This document shows, in pieces, positions 1-9,404 of a stretch of DNA of 64,000 nucleotides. The stretch spans positions 1,790 to 65,789 of the forward strand of contig JAZUPH010000073.1 of NCBI GenBank assembly GCA_045605145.1. Direction: 5' to 3'. The stretch is from Oscillospiraceae bacterium (GTDB taxonomy: Bacteria > Bacillota > Clostridia > Oscillospirales > Oscillospiraceae). Within the stretch, counting starts at the first letter, position 1. Each line of letters starts with the position of its first letter. The notes under the pieces were generated by a model. The model searched no databases, was not told the DNA's origin, and saw only the letters and a program-made list of their open reading frames with translations. The position numbers and the translations under genes were made by a program.

Positions 1-1
1 A

Positions 2-535
2 GAGATGGACTTTGACTCTGTCCTCCCCGGTGTTCAGGCCGGCAAGTTTGACTGCGGCATGAGCGGCATCAGCATCACCGAGGAAAGACAGAAGAACGCT
101 GACTTCACCGATCCCTATTTCCTGGCTGCTCAGGCAATCGTTGTTCTGGCAGATTCCGACATCAGCAGCAAGGACGACCTTGATGGCTTGAAGATCTCCG
201 TCCAGACCGGCACCACCGCAGAAGAGTTCTGTATGGCCAACGGCTATGAGGTTCTGGCATATCAGGCAAACAACGACGCCTGCTCCGCTCTGACCAGCGG
301 CAAGGTCGACGCCTGGGTCGTTGACAACGAAGTTGCTCTGGCATTCGCCGCCGACTACGAGGGTGAGCTTATCGTCCTCGATGACAAGATGACCACCGAG
401 CCCTATGGCTTCGCCTTCATGAAGGGCAGCGACGATCTGGTCGAGGCTTTCAACGAGATCATTGCCGAGCTCATTGAAAACGGCACTATTGAGGCCATCT
501 TCGACAAGTACGGCGTTACCTATGTTGCCCCCTGA
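2..535 (+). CDS. amino-acid ABC transporter substrate-binding protein (C-terminal part, 5' end outside window)
   Basis: Frame is open to the window edge. Family-3 SBP-like sequence (DFDSVLPGVQAGKFDCGMSGISIT..DPYF..). The cognate permease starts 38 nt downstream. Confidence 0.8.
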   Translation, partial: EMDFDSVLPGVQAGKFDCGMSGISITEERQKNADFTDPYFLAAQAIVVLADSDISSKDDLDGLKISVQTGTTAEEFCMANGYEVLAYQANNDACSALTSGKVDAWVVDNEVALAFAADYEGELIVLDDKMTTEPYGFAFMKGSDDLVEAFNEIIAELIENGTIEAIFDKYGVTYVAP

Positions 536-573
536 AGCAGATAATTAACTAAAACCCGAAAGGACAGATTCCC

Positions 574-1281
574 ATGCACAACATCATTCAGGCGCTTATA
601 GACTGGAAAGACAAGCTCTACGAAACCTTCATAGAGACAGGAAACTACAAAATGCTTATTGAAGGTTTCGGCAATACTATAATCATTTCCGTCGCGGCGC
701 TGATGATCGGTGTTGTGCTGGGTGTGGCTGTTTCCGTTGTCAAGTTCCTTGCCGAGGAGAAAAAGTTCCTCAGACCCCTTGCCAAGCTGTGTGACATCTA
801 TGTCACCGCGGTGCGCGGTATCCCCGTGGTCGTGCTGCTGCTGATATTCTACTTCGTTATCATGCGTTCGGCCGACGGACTTATCACCGGCATCGTCACC
901 TTCGGCATCAACTCCGGCGCCTATATGGCCGAGATCGTGCGAAGCGGCATTGCCGCCGTTGACCGGGGCCAGACCGAGGCGGCACGCAGCCTGGGCTTCA
1001 ACCGGCTGCAGGCGATGCGCTACATCGTACTGCCCCAGGCTATCAAGAACATTCTCCCCGCCATCGGCAACGAAATGATCGCACTGTTAAAGGAGACCGC
1101 CGTTGCAGGATATGTCGCCGTGCAGGATCTTACCCGTTCGGCAAACCTTATCCGCAACATTACATACGATGCATTTAACCCCCTCATGGTCACCGCCATC
1201 GTATATCTGACGCTGGTGGTTATTCTGACCAAGCTGCTGGGCAGCCTTGAAAAGCGGCTGCGCAGGAGCGAGGCGCATTAA
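574..1281 (+). CDS. amino-acid ABC transporter permease (HisM/GlnP type)
   Basis: 235 aa, multi-TM, EAA-type loop [28 protein letters not shown] aaaggaca upstream. Confidence 0.85.
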   Translation: MHNIIQALIDWKDKLYETFIETGNYKMLIEGFGNTIIISVAALMIGVVLGVAVSVVKFLAEEKKFLRPLAKLCDIYVTAVRGIPVVVLLLIFYFVIMRSADGLITGIVTFGINSGAYMAEIVRSGIAAVDRGQTEAARSLGFNRLQAMRYIVLPQAIKNILPAIGNEMIALLKETAVAGYVAVQDLTRSANLIRNITYDAFNPLMVTAIVYLTLVVILTKLLGSLEKRLRRSEAH

Positions 1282-1304
1282 TTACGATTAGGAGGGCTGT
1301 TAGA

Positions 1305-2297
1305 ATGCAAATCAGCAAGCTCAAGGGGCGTGACCTGCTGACCCTGCTGGACTTTACCCCGGATGAGATCAATTATCTTATCGACCTGGCCGCCCAGCTC
1401 AAGGCACAGAAAAAGTCCGGCATCCCCCACACAGTGTTTCAGGGCAAGAACATTGCTCTGATATTCGAAAAAACTTCAACACGCACCCGTTGCTCTTTTG
1501 AGGTTGCCGCACACGACCTGGGCATGCAGACCACCTATCTCGATCCCTCCGGCTCGCAGATTGGCAAAAAGGAGAGCATTGCCGACACCGCACGGGTTCT
1601 CAGCCGCATCTATGACGGCATTGAGTACCGCGGCTTCGGGCAGGAGATCGTTGAGGAGCTGGCAAAGTGTTCATCCGTCCCCGTATGGAACGGGCTGACC
1701 AACGAATATCACCCCACACAGATCCTCGCCGATATGCTGACGATTAAAGAGCATTTCGGCGCTCTGAAAGGCCGCAAGCTGGTTTATCTGGGTGACGCCC
1801 GCTATAACATGGGCAATTCTCTCATGGTAGGCTGCGCAAAGCTGGGCATGAATTTCGTGGCTGCGGCCCCGAAGGATTACTTCCCCGACGAGGCGCTCAT
1901 CAAACAGTGTCAGGCCGTCGCAGCCCAGACCGGCGCGACCCTGTCGTTTATTGAGGATCCCTTCGCCGCCGTGAAGGGCGCAGATGTCCTGTACACCGAT
2001 GTTTGGGTGTCCATGGGCGAGCCGATGGAGGTTTGGGCGGAGCGCATTGAGAAGCTCTCCCCCTACTGTGTGACGGAAGAACTGATGGCTGCCGCCGGAG
2101 AAAACGCCGTATTCATGCACTGCCTGCCCGCTTTCCACGACATGAACACAAGCATCGGCAAACAGATGGGTGAGAAGTTCGGCCGTGAATATATGGAGGT
2201 CAGCAACGCCGTGTTCGAAGGTCCCCAGTCCATCGTGTTTGACGAGGCTGAGAACCGTATGCACACCATAAAGGCCGTCATGGCTGCAACACTGTAA
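1305..2297 (+). CDS. argF: ornithine carbamoyltransferase
   Basis: 330 aa with [20 protein letters not shown] and HCLPAFH motifs. RBS aggaggg. Confidence 0.9.
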   Translation: MQISKLKGRDLLTLLDFTPDEINYLIDLAAQLKAQKKSGIPHTVFQGKNIALIFEKTSTRTRCSFEVAAHDLGMQTTYLDPSGSQIGKKESIADTARVLSRIYDGIEYRGFGQEIVEELAKCSSVPVWNGLTNEYHPTQILADMLTIKEHFGALKGRKLVYLGDARYNMGNSLMVGCAKLGMNFVAAAPKDYFPDEALIKQCQAVAAQTGATLSFIEDPFAAVKGADVLYTDVWVSMGEPMEVWAERIEKLSPYCVTEELMAAAGENAVFMHCLPAFHDMNTSIGKQMGEKFGREYMEVSNAVFEGPQSIVFDEAENRMHTIKAVMAATL

Positions 2298-2318
2298 AAT
2301 TTTATAAAATATACTAAA

Positions 2319-2352
2319 GCGCCTGAGACACAAAAGTCTCAGGCGCCTGGTT
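2319..2352. terminator. bidirectional intrinsic terminator between argF and the GNAT gene
   Basis: Perfect 11-bp stem GCGCCTGAGAC/GTCTCAGGCGC with a 6-nt loop, T-rich on the plus side, lying between convergent genes. Confidence 0.7.
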
Positions 2353-2359
2353 TATTCAT

Positions 2360-2794
2360 TTACAGGTGCTTAGTGAAGCAGATTATCCTGTTTGCCTCCT
2401 CAAAGCCCAGTTTCAGATGGAAGGCAAGGCTTGCGTCGTTGCTCATTTCACAATCGCTGGCAAACTCGCTGCAGCCCATTTCCCTGCCCCACTGCTCACA
2501 GGCGGAGACAAGGCAGCGGGCGTTGCCCCTGTGTCTATACGGCGCATCAACATATATTCCCTCAAGGTACGCAACGGGGCAGGTGTCAGTGCCCTCAACA
2601 TAGTCGCGGCGCAGGGCACATTGGGCAAAGCCCACAGCATCACTGCCGTCCATGAGAAGAAACACGGCACTGTCCGTGCGCATGACGGTGGTTTCAAAGT
2701 CCGCGGTCAGTTCCGCCACTGTGTGATCCGGCCACAGCTTTAATGCAAGCCGGGCAACATCGGGTGCATCATCAAACACAGCTCGTTTAATCAT
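2360..2794 (-). CDS. GNAT N-acetyltransferase, AAC(6')-I-like (putative aminoglycoside 6'-N-acetyltransferase)
   Basis: Start moved to MIKRAVF (ATG 2794) behind RBS AAGAGGTG. LWPDH..AYLEGIYV..YRHRG..ASDCE..N..S..FH..LGFEE pattern resembles the AAC(6')-I family (from memory). Confidence 0.65.
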   Translation of the reverse strand: MIKRAVFDDAPDVARLALKLWPDHTVAELTADFETTVMRTDSAVFLLMDGSDAVGFAQCALRRDYVEGTDTCPVAYLEGIYVDAPYRHRGNARCLVSACEQWGREMGCSEFASDCEMSNDASLAFHLKLGFEEANRIICFTKHL

Positions 2795-2936
2795 CGGGAC
2801 ACCTCTTAACAAGCAGCAGTATAGCCTTATTGCCCGGAATGCATAATGGCTTTTAAGGCAGCAAATGCGAACACTTTCATCCGTATGTAATAACTAAACA
2901 GAAACCCGGCGCAGCGGGTTCAGCTTGAAAAGAAAA

Positions 2937-2968
2937 GTCGGAGCAAGCGATAAAAAACTTGCTCCGAC
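2937..2968 (-). terminator. intrinsic terminator downstream of tRNA-Thr
   Basis: 11-bp stem GTCGGAGCAAG/CTTGCTCCGAC followed on the minus strand by TTTTCTTTTC. Confidence 0.75.
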
Positions 2969-2969
2969 A

Positions 2970-3045
2970 TGGAGCTGGTAAGGTGACTCGAACACCCGAC
3001 CTGCTGATTACGAATCAGCTGCTCTACCGGCTGAGCTATACCAGC
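2970..3045 (-). tRNA. tRNA-Thr (anticodon CGU), CCA encoded
   Basis: Reverse complement reads GCTGGTATAGCTCAGCCGGTAGAGCAGCTGATTCGTAATCAGCAGGTCGGGTGTTCGAGTCACCTTACCAGCTCCA. Cloverleaf arms are present and the anticodon loop is TTCGTAA. Confidence 0.9.
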
Positions 3046-3086
3046 AACTATTTTTGCGCAGCACAATGCGCCGCACAGTGCTATGT

Positions 3087-3115
3087 AATATACCACAAAT
3101 CGCGGCACGCGTCAA
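3087..3115 (-). promoter_or_regulatory. sigma-A-type promoter for tRNA-Thr
   Basis: Minus strand TTGACG, 17-nt spacer, TATATT with TGG extended -10, about 40 nt upstream of the tRNA 5' end. Confidence 0.55.
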
Positions 3116-3353
3116 CCGGAAAATTCCAGCGCCGGGCAGCAGATGATTACACTTTGTATTATTGCGATTTGACTTGCAGGAAAATTGCAGATTTTGGAGG
3201 TCGAATTTGTTCGGGAATTTTTGCGACTTGTAAAATAGTTGGCAGATTGGCACAATACGGGGAGATTTGGTAATAATCCCACACATATTGCAGGGCAAAA
3301 ATAACTGTTTTGCAGTTGACGTAAATTATCGGTTTTTATCCCTCTACAAATAG

Positions 3354-3383
3354 TTATTCACAATTTCCACAGGCTTATCCACA
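3354..3383 (+). promoter_or_regulatory. three tandem DnaA-box-like 9-mers
   Basis: TTATTCACA (1 mismatch), ATTTCCACA (2 mismatches) and TTATCCACA (perfect), all in the same orientation, inside a 400-bp AT-rich non-coding gap. Confidence 0.4.
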
Positions 3384-3526
3384 GGCTTTACCCCCTGTTT
3401 GCCGTGTTTTTCCAACAAATCAGCCATATTTCGCAGGGGCGGCAGGGTCTGCAACAGTCCCGGGCATGAGGATGCGGCAATTTACATAATGCGAAAAATT
3501 GCGCCCAGTCCGCAAAAAAATTGCAA

Positions 3527-3553
3527 GGAAAAACACCCGCCTTGCGGCGGGTG
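3527..3553 (-). terminator. tsaD intrinsic terminator
   Basis: Minus strand CACCCGCC-GCAA-GGCGGGTG followed by TTTTTCC, a few nt after the tsaD stop. Confidence 0.8.
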
Positions 3554-3558
3554 CAAAA

Positions 3559-4581
3559 TCAGCGCGCTGTGTTGAGTTTTCCCAGGTCAAGAGTGGCATA
3601 TGCGTTAAGGGAGCTGTCGCCCCTGACGCCCGCCAGATACTCATAATAGCCCTGACAGCCGATCATAGCGGCGTTATCGCCGCACAGTTTCAAGGGCGGC
3701 ACAAACAGCTTCACACCGGCCTTGTCAGCCGCTTTGGTAAAGTCTGCTCTTATGCGCGAGTTGGCGGCCACACCGCCCGCCACCACAATTTTGTCGTAAC
3801 CCAGCTCTTCAAGCGCGGCCATGGTTGGCGGAACGAGAGAATCGCTGACAGCGGCAGCGAAGGATGCTGCCAGACCGCTCCTGTCGATCTCCAGCCCTTT
3901 CTGCTGGGCATTGTGGACGATATTTATGACGGCGGTTTTAAGGCCGGAAAAGCTGGTATCATACTTGCTGCCGGTGACATGGGCACGGGGCAGAGTGTAG
4001 GCCTTGTCGTCACCGCCCTGAGCCAGCTTGTCCATCGGGCCGCCGCCGGGATACGGCAGACCCAGTACACGGGCACATTTGTCGAAACATTCGCCCGCAG
4101 CATCGTCACGGGTGGTGCCGATAATGCTCATGTCGGTGTAGCCGCGCACGTCAACGATGATACTGTGGCCGCCAGAGATGACAAGGGCGAGGAAAGGAGG
4201 CTCAAGCTCTGGGTAGGCGATATAATTGGCGGCAATATGGCCGCGGATGTGATGCACCGGGATCAGCGGCACACCCAGTGACATTGCGGCGCCTTTGGCG
4301 AAGTTCACGCCCACCAGCACAGCGCCGATGAGTCCGGGCGCGTATGTCACAGCAACGGCGTCTATGTCCTTTTTGGTGATGCCGGCATTCTTCACCGCCT
4401 CACCGGCAAGGCGGCTGATGGCAGTGATATGATTGCGGGAGGCAATCTCAGGCACTACGCCGCCGTAAATGGCGTGTATATCGATTTGTGACAGGATCTC
4501 ACTGGACAGGACTTTGCGGCCGTCTTCAACCACGGCAACGGCAGTCTCATCGCAGGAGCTTTCTATGGACAGAATTTTCAT
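3559..4581 (-). CDS. tsaD: tRNA N6-adenosine threonylcarbamoyltransferase
   Basis: 340 aa. N-terminus MKILSIESSCDETAVAVV.., HHIRGH motif, Kae1/Gcp family throughout. Confidence 0.95.
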   Translation of the reverse strand: MKILSIESSCDETAVAVVEDGRKVLSSEILSQIDIHAIYGGVVPEIASRNHITAISRLAGEAVKNAGITKKDIDAVAVTYAPGLIGAVLVGVNFAKGAAMSLGVPLIPVHHIRGHIAANYIAYPELEPPFLALVISGGHSIIVDVRGYTDMSIIGTTRDDAAGECFDKCARVLGLPYPGGGPMDKLAQGGDDKAYTLPRAHVTGSKYDTSFSGLKTAVINIVHNAQQKGLEIDRSGLAASFAAAVSDSLVPPTMAALEELGYDKIVVAGGVAANSRIRADFTKAADKAGVKLFVPPLKLCGDNAAMIGCQGYYEYLAGVRGDSSLNAYATLDLGKLNTAR

Positions 4582-4582
4582 T

Positions 4583-5035
4583 TCATATCTCCGTTAACAG
4601 GGTTTTGACCATAACGATGGCATCCTCTTTTGGTTTGTCATAATATCCGCGGCGCAGGCCGACAGCCTCGAATCCGCGGGAGATGTATAGCCGCTTTGCT
4701 GCTTCATTGGACGCACGCACCTCAAGATAGACGGATTGTACCCGCCGCTTTGCAGCCTCGTTCAAAACCGAGTCCAAAAGCAGGCCGCCAATACCTCGGC
4801 CGCGGCACACCGCATCCACCGCAATATTATACAGCTCCGCTTCTTCATCGGCAAGGCGAAGCACCACAAAACCGGCAACGGCATCGCCCTGGGCCGCCAC
4901 GAAAAACAGCGAATCATCGCTGAGCAATTCATATACAAAGCCGTCTCGCGGCCATGGGACGGAAAAGTTCTCCAGCTCAAGGGCCATTACGCGGTCGATA
5001 TCTAACGCAAAGGCAGGTCGAATTTCAATACTCAT
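4583..5035 (-). CDS. rimI: ribosomal-protein-alanine N-acetyltransferase
   Basis: Start taken at MSIEIRP (ATG 5035), which forms an ATGA overlap with the polA stop. GNAT core VCRGRGIGGLLL. Located directly upstream of tsaD. Confidence 0.8.
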   Translation of the reverse strand: MSIEIRPAFALDIDRVMALELENFSVPWPRDGFVYELLSDDSLFFVAAQGDAVAGFVVLRLADEEAELYNIAVDAVCRGRGIGGLLLDSVLNEAAKRRVQSVYLEVRASNEAAKRLYISRGFEAVGLRRGYYDKPKEDAIVMVKTLLTEI

Positions 5036-7638
5036 TTTGCATCGTACCATGTAAAGCCAACTCCCGCCTCCGCCGTGAGAGGTACGGGCAGGCTGGCCGC
5101 GTTCTGCATCTCTTCGGTAAGGATGCGGGCGACAATGTCCTTTTCGTTCTCGGGGCACTCCACAATAAGTTCATCGTGCACCTGCATGATGAGCCTCGCC
5201 TGCAGGCCCTCTTTCTTCAGGCGGCCGTGTACGGCTATCATTGCCAGCTTCATAATATCGGCGGCAGTACCCTGTATGGGCGCATTTCTTGCCACGCGCT
5301 CACCAAAAGAGCGCACATTTCGGTTGGCTGACTTAAGCTCCGGCAGGCTGCGGCGGCGGCCGTAGATCGTGCTGACAAAGCCTTTCTCAGACGCGTCGCT
5401 TATAGTTTTATCCATATACTCAGCAACGCCGCTGTACCGGTCAAGGTAGCTGTCGATATATCTCTGGGCCTCACCCACCGACACTGCGATATCCTGCGAC
5501 AGGGAGAATGCGGAGATGCCGTAAACAATGCCAAAGTTCACCGCCTTGGCATGGCTGCGCTGCTGAGGTGTAACATCCTCGGGTGCAATGCCAAGCACCT
5601 GGGCCGCTGTAACACGGTGGATATCCTCACCGCTCAAAAATGCGCGGCGCATCACCTCATCGCCCGACATGCAGGCAAGAAGGCGCAGCTCTATCTGGCT
5701 GTAGTCCGCGTCCACCAGCACATTGCCGGGCGCGGCGGTGAACATTTTGCGCACCTCGCCGCCCAGTGCCTTGCGGATGGGAATATTCTGCAGATTCGGC
5801 TCAGTGGAGGAAAGGCGGCCCGTAGCGGTGACGGTCATCTGGAAATTGGTCCTGATGCGGCCGTCCGGATCGCGAACTTTCAAAAGTCCTTCCACATAAG
5901 TGCTTGTCAGCTTGGTAAGCTCACGATATTCCAAAACGAGCCCCGCGATGGGGTGCTTATCCTTCAGCTTTTCCAGCACATCAACATTGGTGGAATAGCC
6001 GGTCTTTGTCTTTTTGGGAGCCGGCAACATCAGCTTTTCAAACAGCACCTCGCCCAACTGCTTGGGTGAATTGATATTAAACTGCCCGCCGGCGTAGTTG
6101 TAGATCATCTGGGCTATCTCATTGGCCTGTGCCGATAGACGGACGCCAAAATCACGCAGGGCGTCGCCGTCAACATAGAAGCCGGCGATCTCCATCTCGG
6201 CCAGCACGCGGCACAGCGGCAGCTCGACCCGGCGCAGGACATCACCCATCCCGGCCTCATCCACCTGCGAGACCAGTACGGGTGCAAGACGGTATATAGC
6301 ACATGCCCGGCTGCGAAGAGGGCCGGTGAGATCAAACAGACCAAGCTGTTCATCGCCCTCATCCTCCCCAACGCCGAAACACTCATCCGCCATGGCAACG
6401 ATGTCATAATCCTTTGCCATGGGATCGAGAAGATAGGCGGCAAGTGCCGTATCCATGGCCCAGTTGTCCGTATCGTAACCCGCCTCGAGAACGCGGCGGA
6501 TGGTATCCTTAATATTGTGTCCGGTCTTGGAAACCTTATCGGAAAGCAGGGCGCGCAGCACCCTGTCGCCATCGGTAAGAGCCGCAAAGTCAATGGTATA
6601 CACCCTGCCGTCTGCGGCGACGGCAGCAGCACTAAGATCCTCAGCCAGATCCACGGCGGCACCGTACTTTTCGCAGGCGGAAAGCATGGCATCGGCTGCG
6701 GTGCTGTCAGTAAACTCCACCCACTGAAGCTCACAGCGCGCCGTATCGGAATGAATCTTCCCCCCGGGCGCTGTAAGTTCCATGCGCTCAATATACTTTT
6801 TAAGCCCCAGCGCCATAAAAAGCTCATAAAGGCGGTCATTATCCACAGGCTTTCTCAAGGCGTCCTGAGGGCTGAACTCCATAGGCACATGGCGGTCGAT
6901 CACCACCAGTTCCCGGGAAAGTGCGGCCATTTCTTTGCCGGCAGCAAGCTTTTTGCGCACGGCGTCTTTGATATCGAGAGTATCAAGCTCATTATATATC
7001 CGCTCCACCGTGCCGAAACGGCGCACAAGATCAAGGGCGGTCTTCTCCCCCACCCCGGCAACACCCGGAATGTTGTCGGAGGAGTCGCCCATGAGCGCCT
7101 TGAGCTCGATTATTCCGGCAGGTTCAAAACCGTATTCCTCACGGAATACATCAGTGTCATACATTACGGTTTCGCTCTGCCCCATGCGGGACTTGACATG
7201 GCGCACCACCGTGCCGCCGCCAATGAGCTGAAAACTGTCTTTATCGCCGGTGACAAGGACGCAATCCCAGCCGGCGGCATTGCTTTTAAGGGAAATAGTA
7301 CCCATGAGGTCATCCGCCTCGTAGCCGGCAATACCGTAATGAGGGATGTTCATAGCCTCCATGATGTCTTTAAGTATGGGCATCTGGGCCGCCAGATCCT
7401 CAGGCATGCCCTTGCGCTGGGCCTTGTAACCGTCATACTTCTGCTTGCGGAAAGTAGGTGCGTGGACATCAAAGGTCACGCACAAGGCATCCGGCGTCTC
7501 ATCTTGCAAAAGGCGGAAGAGAATGCCCAGAAAACCGAATATGGCGTTGGTGGGCGTGCCGTCGGGCGCATTGAGAGGGCGCACGCCGTAGTAAGCACGG
7601 TTGGCAATGCTGTTGCCGTCCAGCACCATCAGTTTCAT
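5032..7638 (-). CDS. polA: DNA polymerase I
   Basis: Start at MKLMVLDGNS (ATG 7638, RBS GGAGGCGGAAG). 5'-nuclease N-terminus and family-A polymerase motifs (DYSQIELR, QVHDEL). Confidence 0.95.
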   Translation of the reverse strand: MKLMVLDGNSIANRAYYGVRPLNAPDGTPTNAIFGFLGILFRLLQDETPDALCVTFDVHAPTFRKQKYDGYKAQRKGMPEDLAAQMPILKDIMEAMNIPHYGIAGYEADDLMGTISLKSNAAGWDCVLVTGDKDSFQLIGGGTVVRHVKSRMGQSETVMYDTDVFREEYGFEPAGIIELKALMGDSSDNIPGVAGVGEKTALDLVRRFGTVERIYNELDTLDIKDAVRKKLAAGKEMAALSRELVVIDRHVPMEFSPQDALRKPVDNDRLYELFMALGLKKYIERMELTAPGGKIHSDTARCELQWVEFTDSTAADAMLSACEKYGAAVDLAEDLSAAAVAADGRVYTIDFAALTDGDRVLRALLSDKVSKTGHNIKDTIRRVLEAGYDTDNWAMDTALAAYLLDPMAKDYDIVAMADECFGVGEDEGDEQLGLFDLTGPLRSRACAIYRLAPVLVSQVDEAGMGDVLRRVELPLCRVLAEMEIAGFYVDGDALRDFGVRLSAQANEIAQMIYNYAGGQFNINSPKQLGEVLFEKLMLPAPKKTKTGYSTNVDVLEKLKDKHPIAGLVLEYRELTKLTSTYVEGLLKVRDPDGRIRTNFQMTVTATGRLSSTEPNLQNIPIRKALGGEVRKMFTAAPGNVLVDADYSQIELRLLACMSGDEVMRRAFLSGEDIHRVTAAQVLGIAPEDVTPQQRSHAKAVNFGIVYGISAFSLSQDIAVSVGEAQRYIDSYLDRYSGVAEYMDKTISDASEKGFVSTIYGRRRSLPELKSANRNVRSFGERVARNAPIQGTAADIMKLAMIAVHGRLKKEGLQARLIMQVHDELIVECPENEKDIVARILTEEMQNAASLPVPLTAEAGVGFTWYDAK

Positions 7639-7676
7639 ACTTCCGCCTCCTTGGAGTTTAATCGATAAATTGTTTG

Positions 7677-9092
7677 TCAGCCTTCCCTTTTCCACTTGAC
7701 GCCCTGGGGAGTGTCCTGCAGAACGATGCCGCGTGCTTTCAGCTCGTCGCGGATACGGTCGGCCTCTGCCCAGTTCTTGCTCTTGCGGGCAGCCTGACGG
7801 GCCTGGACAAGAGCGTCGATCTCGGCATCCTCATCATTTGCGCCGCCCTCGGCCTTGCCGCAGGGTACGCCCAAAACACCGGTCAGCTCGTCAAATATTT
7901 CAAGGCACTTTACAGCCAGCGCCCTGGTGGGGTTCTTGTCGCCGGCGGTGGCGCTGTTCATTTCTCTTGCCATAGTGAAGATTACAGAAATGCCGTCGGC
8001 TGTGTTGAAGTCATCGTCCATGGCCTTGATAAACTCATCGCGATACTTGCCCAGTCCGTCAACAAATGCCTGCTCCTGGGCGGTCATGTCGCCGTCAGCG
8101 CCCTTCTGTGAGATAAACTCAAGGTTCTCCCGGCTGGTCTTAAGGCGTTCAAGGGCGTTTTTGGCCTGCTCCAGAATTTCAGGGGAGTAGTTGAGAGGGC
8201 TGCGATAGTGGGCCATAAGCATGAACATGCGGATAGTCTCGTGGCCGTAAACAGCGGCGGCATCGCGGACAGTGAAGAAGTTGCCCAGAGACTTGCTCAT
8301 CTTCTTATTATCCACGCTGATAAAGCCGTTATGCAGCCAGTAGTTAACAAAGGTGCAGCCGTGGGCGCACTCAGACTGGGCGATCTCATTCTCATGGTGG
8401 GGGAAAGTCAGGTCCTGACCGCCGCAGTGGATGTCGATGGTCTTGCCAAGGTAGCGGCTGGACATTGCGGAGCACTCGATATGCCAGCCGGGGCGGCCTT
8501 CACCCCAGGGGGAGGGCCAGCTGGGCTCACCGGGTTTGGCAGCCTTCCAAAGGGCGAAGTCCATGGGGTTCTCCTTAATATCGTTGACATCGATGCGCGC
8601 GCCGCTCATCAGATCGTCAAGGGGCTGATGGGACAGCTTGCCATACTCTTTGAAGCTGAGTGTACGGAAGTACACATCGCCGTCCACGGCGTAGGCGTGA
8701 CCGTTGTCAACAAGAGCGCTGACGATATCAATAATCTCCTGAATATTCTCAGTGGCTTTGGGATGCACGGTAGCGGGGCGCACGCCAAGGGCGGTGGCAT
8801 CCTTCTGATACTCGGCAATATACTTCTCGGCCACTTCCTGGCTGGTGATGCCCTCTTCATTGGCGCGCTTGATGATCTTGTCATCAACATCGGTGAAGTT
8901 CTGCACGAAGGTCACCTCATAGCCGCGGTACTCAAAATAGCGGCGCAGCACATCAAACATGATGATGGGGCGGGCGTTGCCCACGTGGATATAATTATAC
9001 ACGGTAGGGCCGCAGGCATACATACTGACCTTGCCGGGGGTGATGGGTACAAACTCTTCCTTCTGCATGGTCATGGTGTTAAACAGCTTCAT
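7677..9092 (-). CDS. cysS: cysteine--tRNA ligase
   Basis: Start at MKLFNTMT (ATG 9092, RBS AGGAGGA). HVGNARP (HIGH) and KMSKS motifs. Confidence 0.95.
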   Translation of the reverse strand: MKLFNTMTMQKEEFVPITPGKVSMYACGPTVYNYIHVGNARPIIMFDVLRRYFEYRGYEVTFVQNFTDVDDKIIKRANEEGITSQEVAEKYIAEYQKDATALGVRPATVHPKATENIQEIIDIVSALVDNGHAYAVDGDVYFRTLSFKEYGKLSHQPLDDLMSGARIDVNDIKENPMDFALWKAAKPGEPSWPSPWGEGRPGWHIECSAMSSRYLGKTIDIHCGGQDLTFPHHENEIAQSECAHGCTFVNYWLHNGFISVDNKKMSKSLGNFFTVRDAAAVYGHETIRMFMLMAHYRSPLNYSPEILEQAKNALERLKTSRENLEFISQKGADGDMTAQEQAFVDGLGKYRDEFIKAMDDDFNTADGISVIFTMAREMNSATAGDKNPTRALAVKCLEIFDELTGVLGVPCGKAEGGANDEDAEIDALVQARQAARKSKNWAEADRIRDELKARGIVLQDTPQGVKWKREG

Positions 9093-9129
9093 TATATTGA
9101 TCCTCCTGTTATTTAAGCAGAACGGTAAT

Positions 9130-9360
9130 CGACAAATAAACCGCCTCTTATGCCATGGCATAAGAGGCGGCGATCCGCGGTTCCACTCTCATTTATTACT
9201 ATGCGGCTTTAACGCAGCCCTACGGGGACGCATTTCCTCATCCCCCGCTCCGGGACGCACTTCACAACCTATGCGCAAGCGGCACTCACAGCGAATGCGC
9301 CGCCTCTCTGATGCGCGTACGGCAGCTACTTTTCCCTTCATCGCGGTATCATATCCGCCG
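9130..9360 (-). promoter_or_regulatory. T-box leader (tRNA-Cys-responsive attenuator) of cysS
   Basis: Minus strand has a stem-I base GCGATGAAGGGAAAAGTAG, an AGAGAG box and a UGC triplet in ..GAAGUGCG... The T-box sequence AGAGTGGAACCGCGG overlaps the terminator CCGCCTCTTATGCC/GGCATAAGAGGCGG, which is followed by TTTATTT. Confidence 0.8.
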
Positions 9361-9404
9361 ATAATCTTATCATCGGCCCTCTTACTTTGTCAAGGGCAAT
9401 GTAC

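Noticed and set aside
2300-3120. tRNA-Thr-associated genomic islet carrying the GNAT gene
   Set aside because: There is no integrase or recombinase, no direct repeat of the tRNA 3' end near 2300-2360, and the base composition resembles the neighbours.
2959-3298. ORFs 2959-3273 (+) and 3008-3298 (-)
   Set aside because: They run through the tRNA-Thr gene and its promoter. They have no RBS and give low-complexity translations.
3120-3520. Chromosomal replication origin (oriC)
   Set aside because: There are only three boxes, no dnaA, dnaN or rpmH nearby, and no obvious 13-mer/DUE repeats. An oriC-distal DnaA-box cluster is the more conservative reading.
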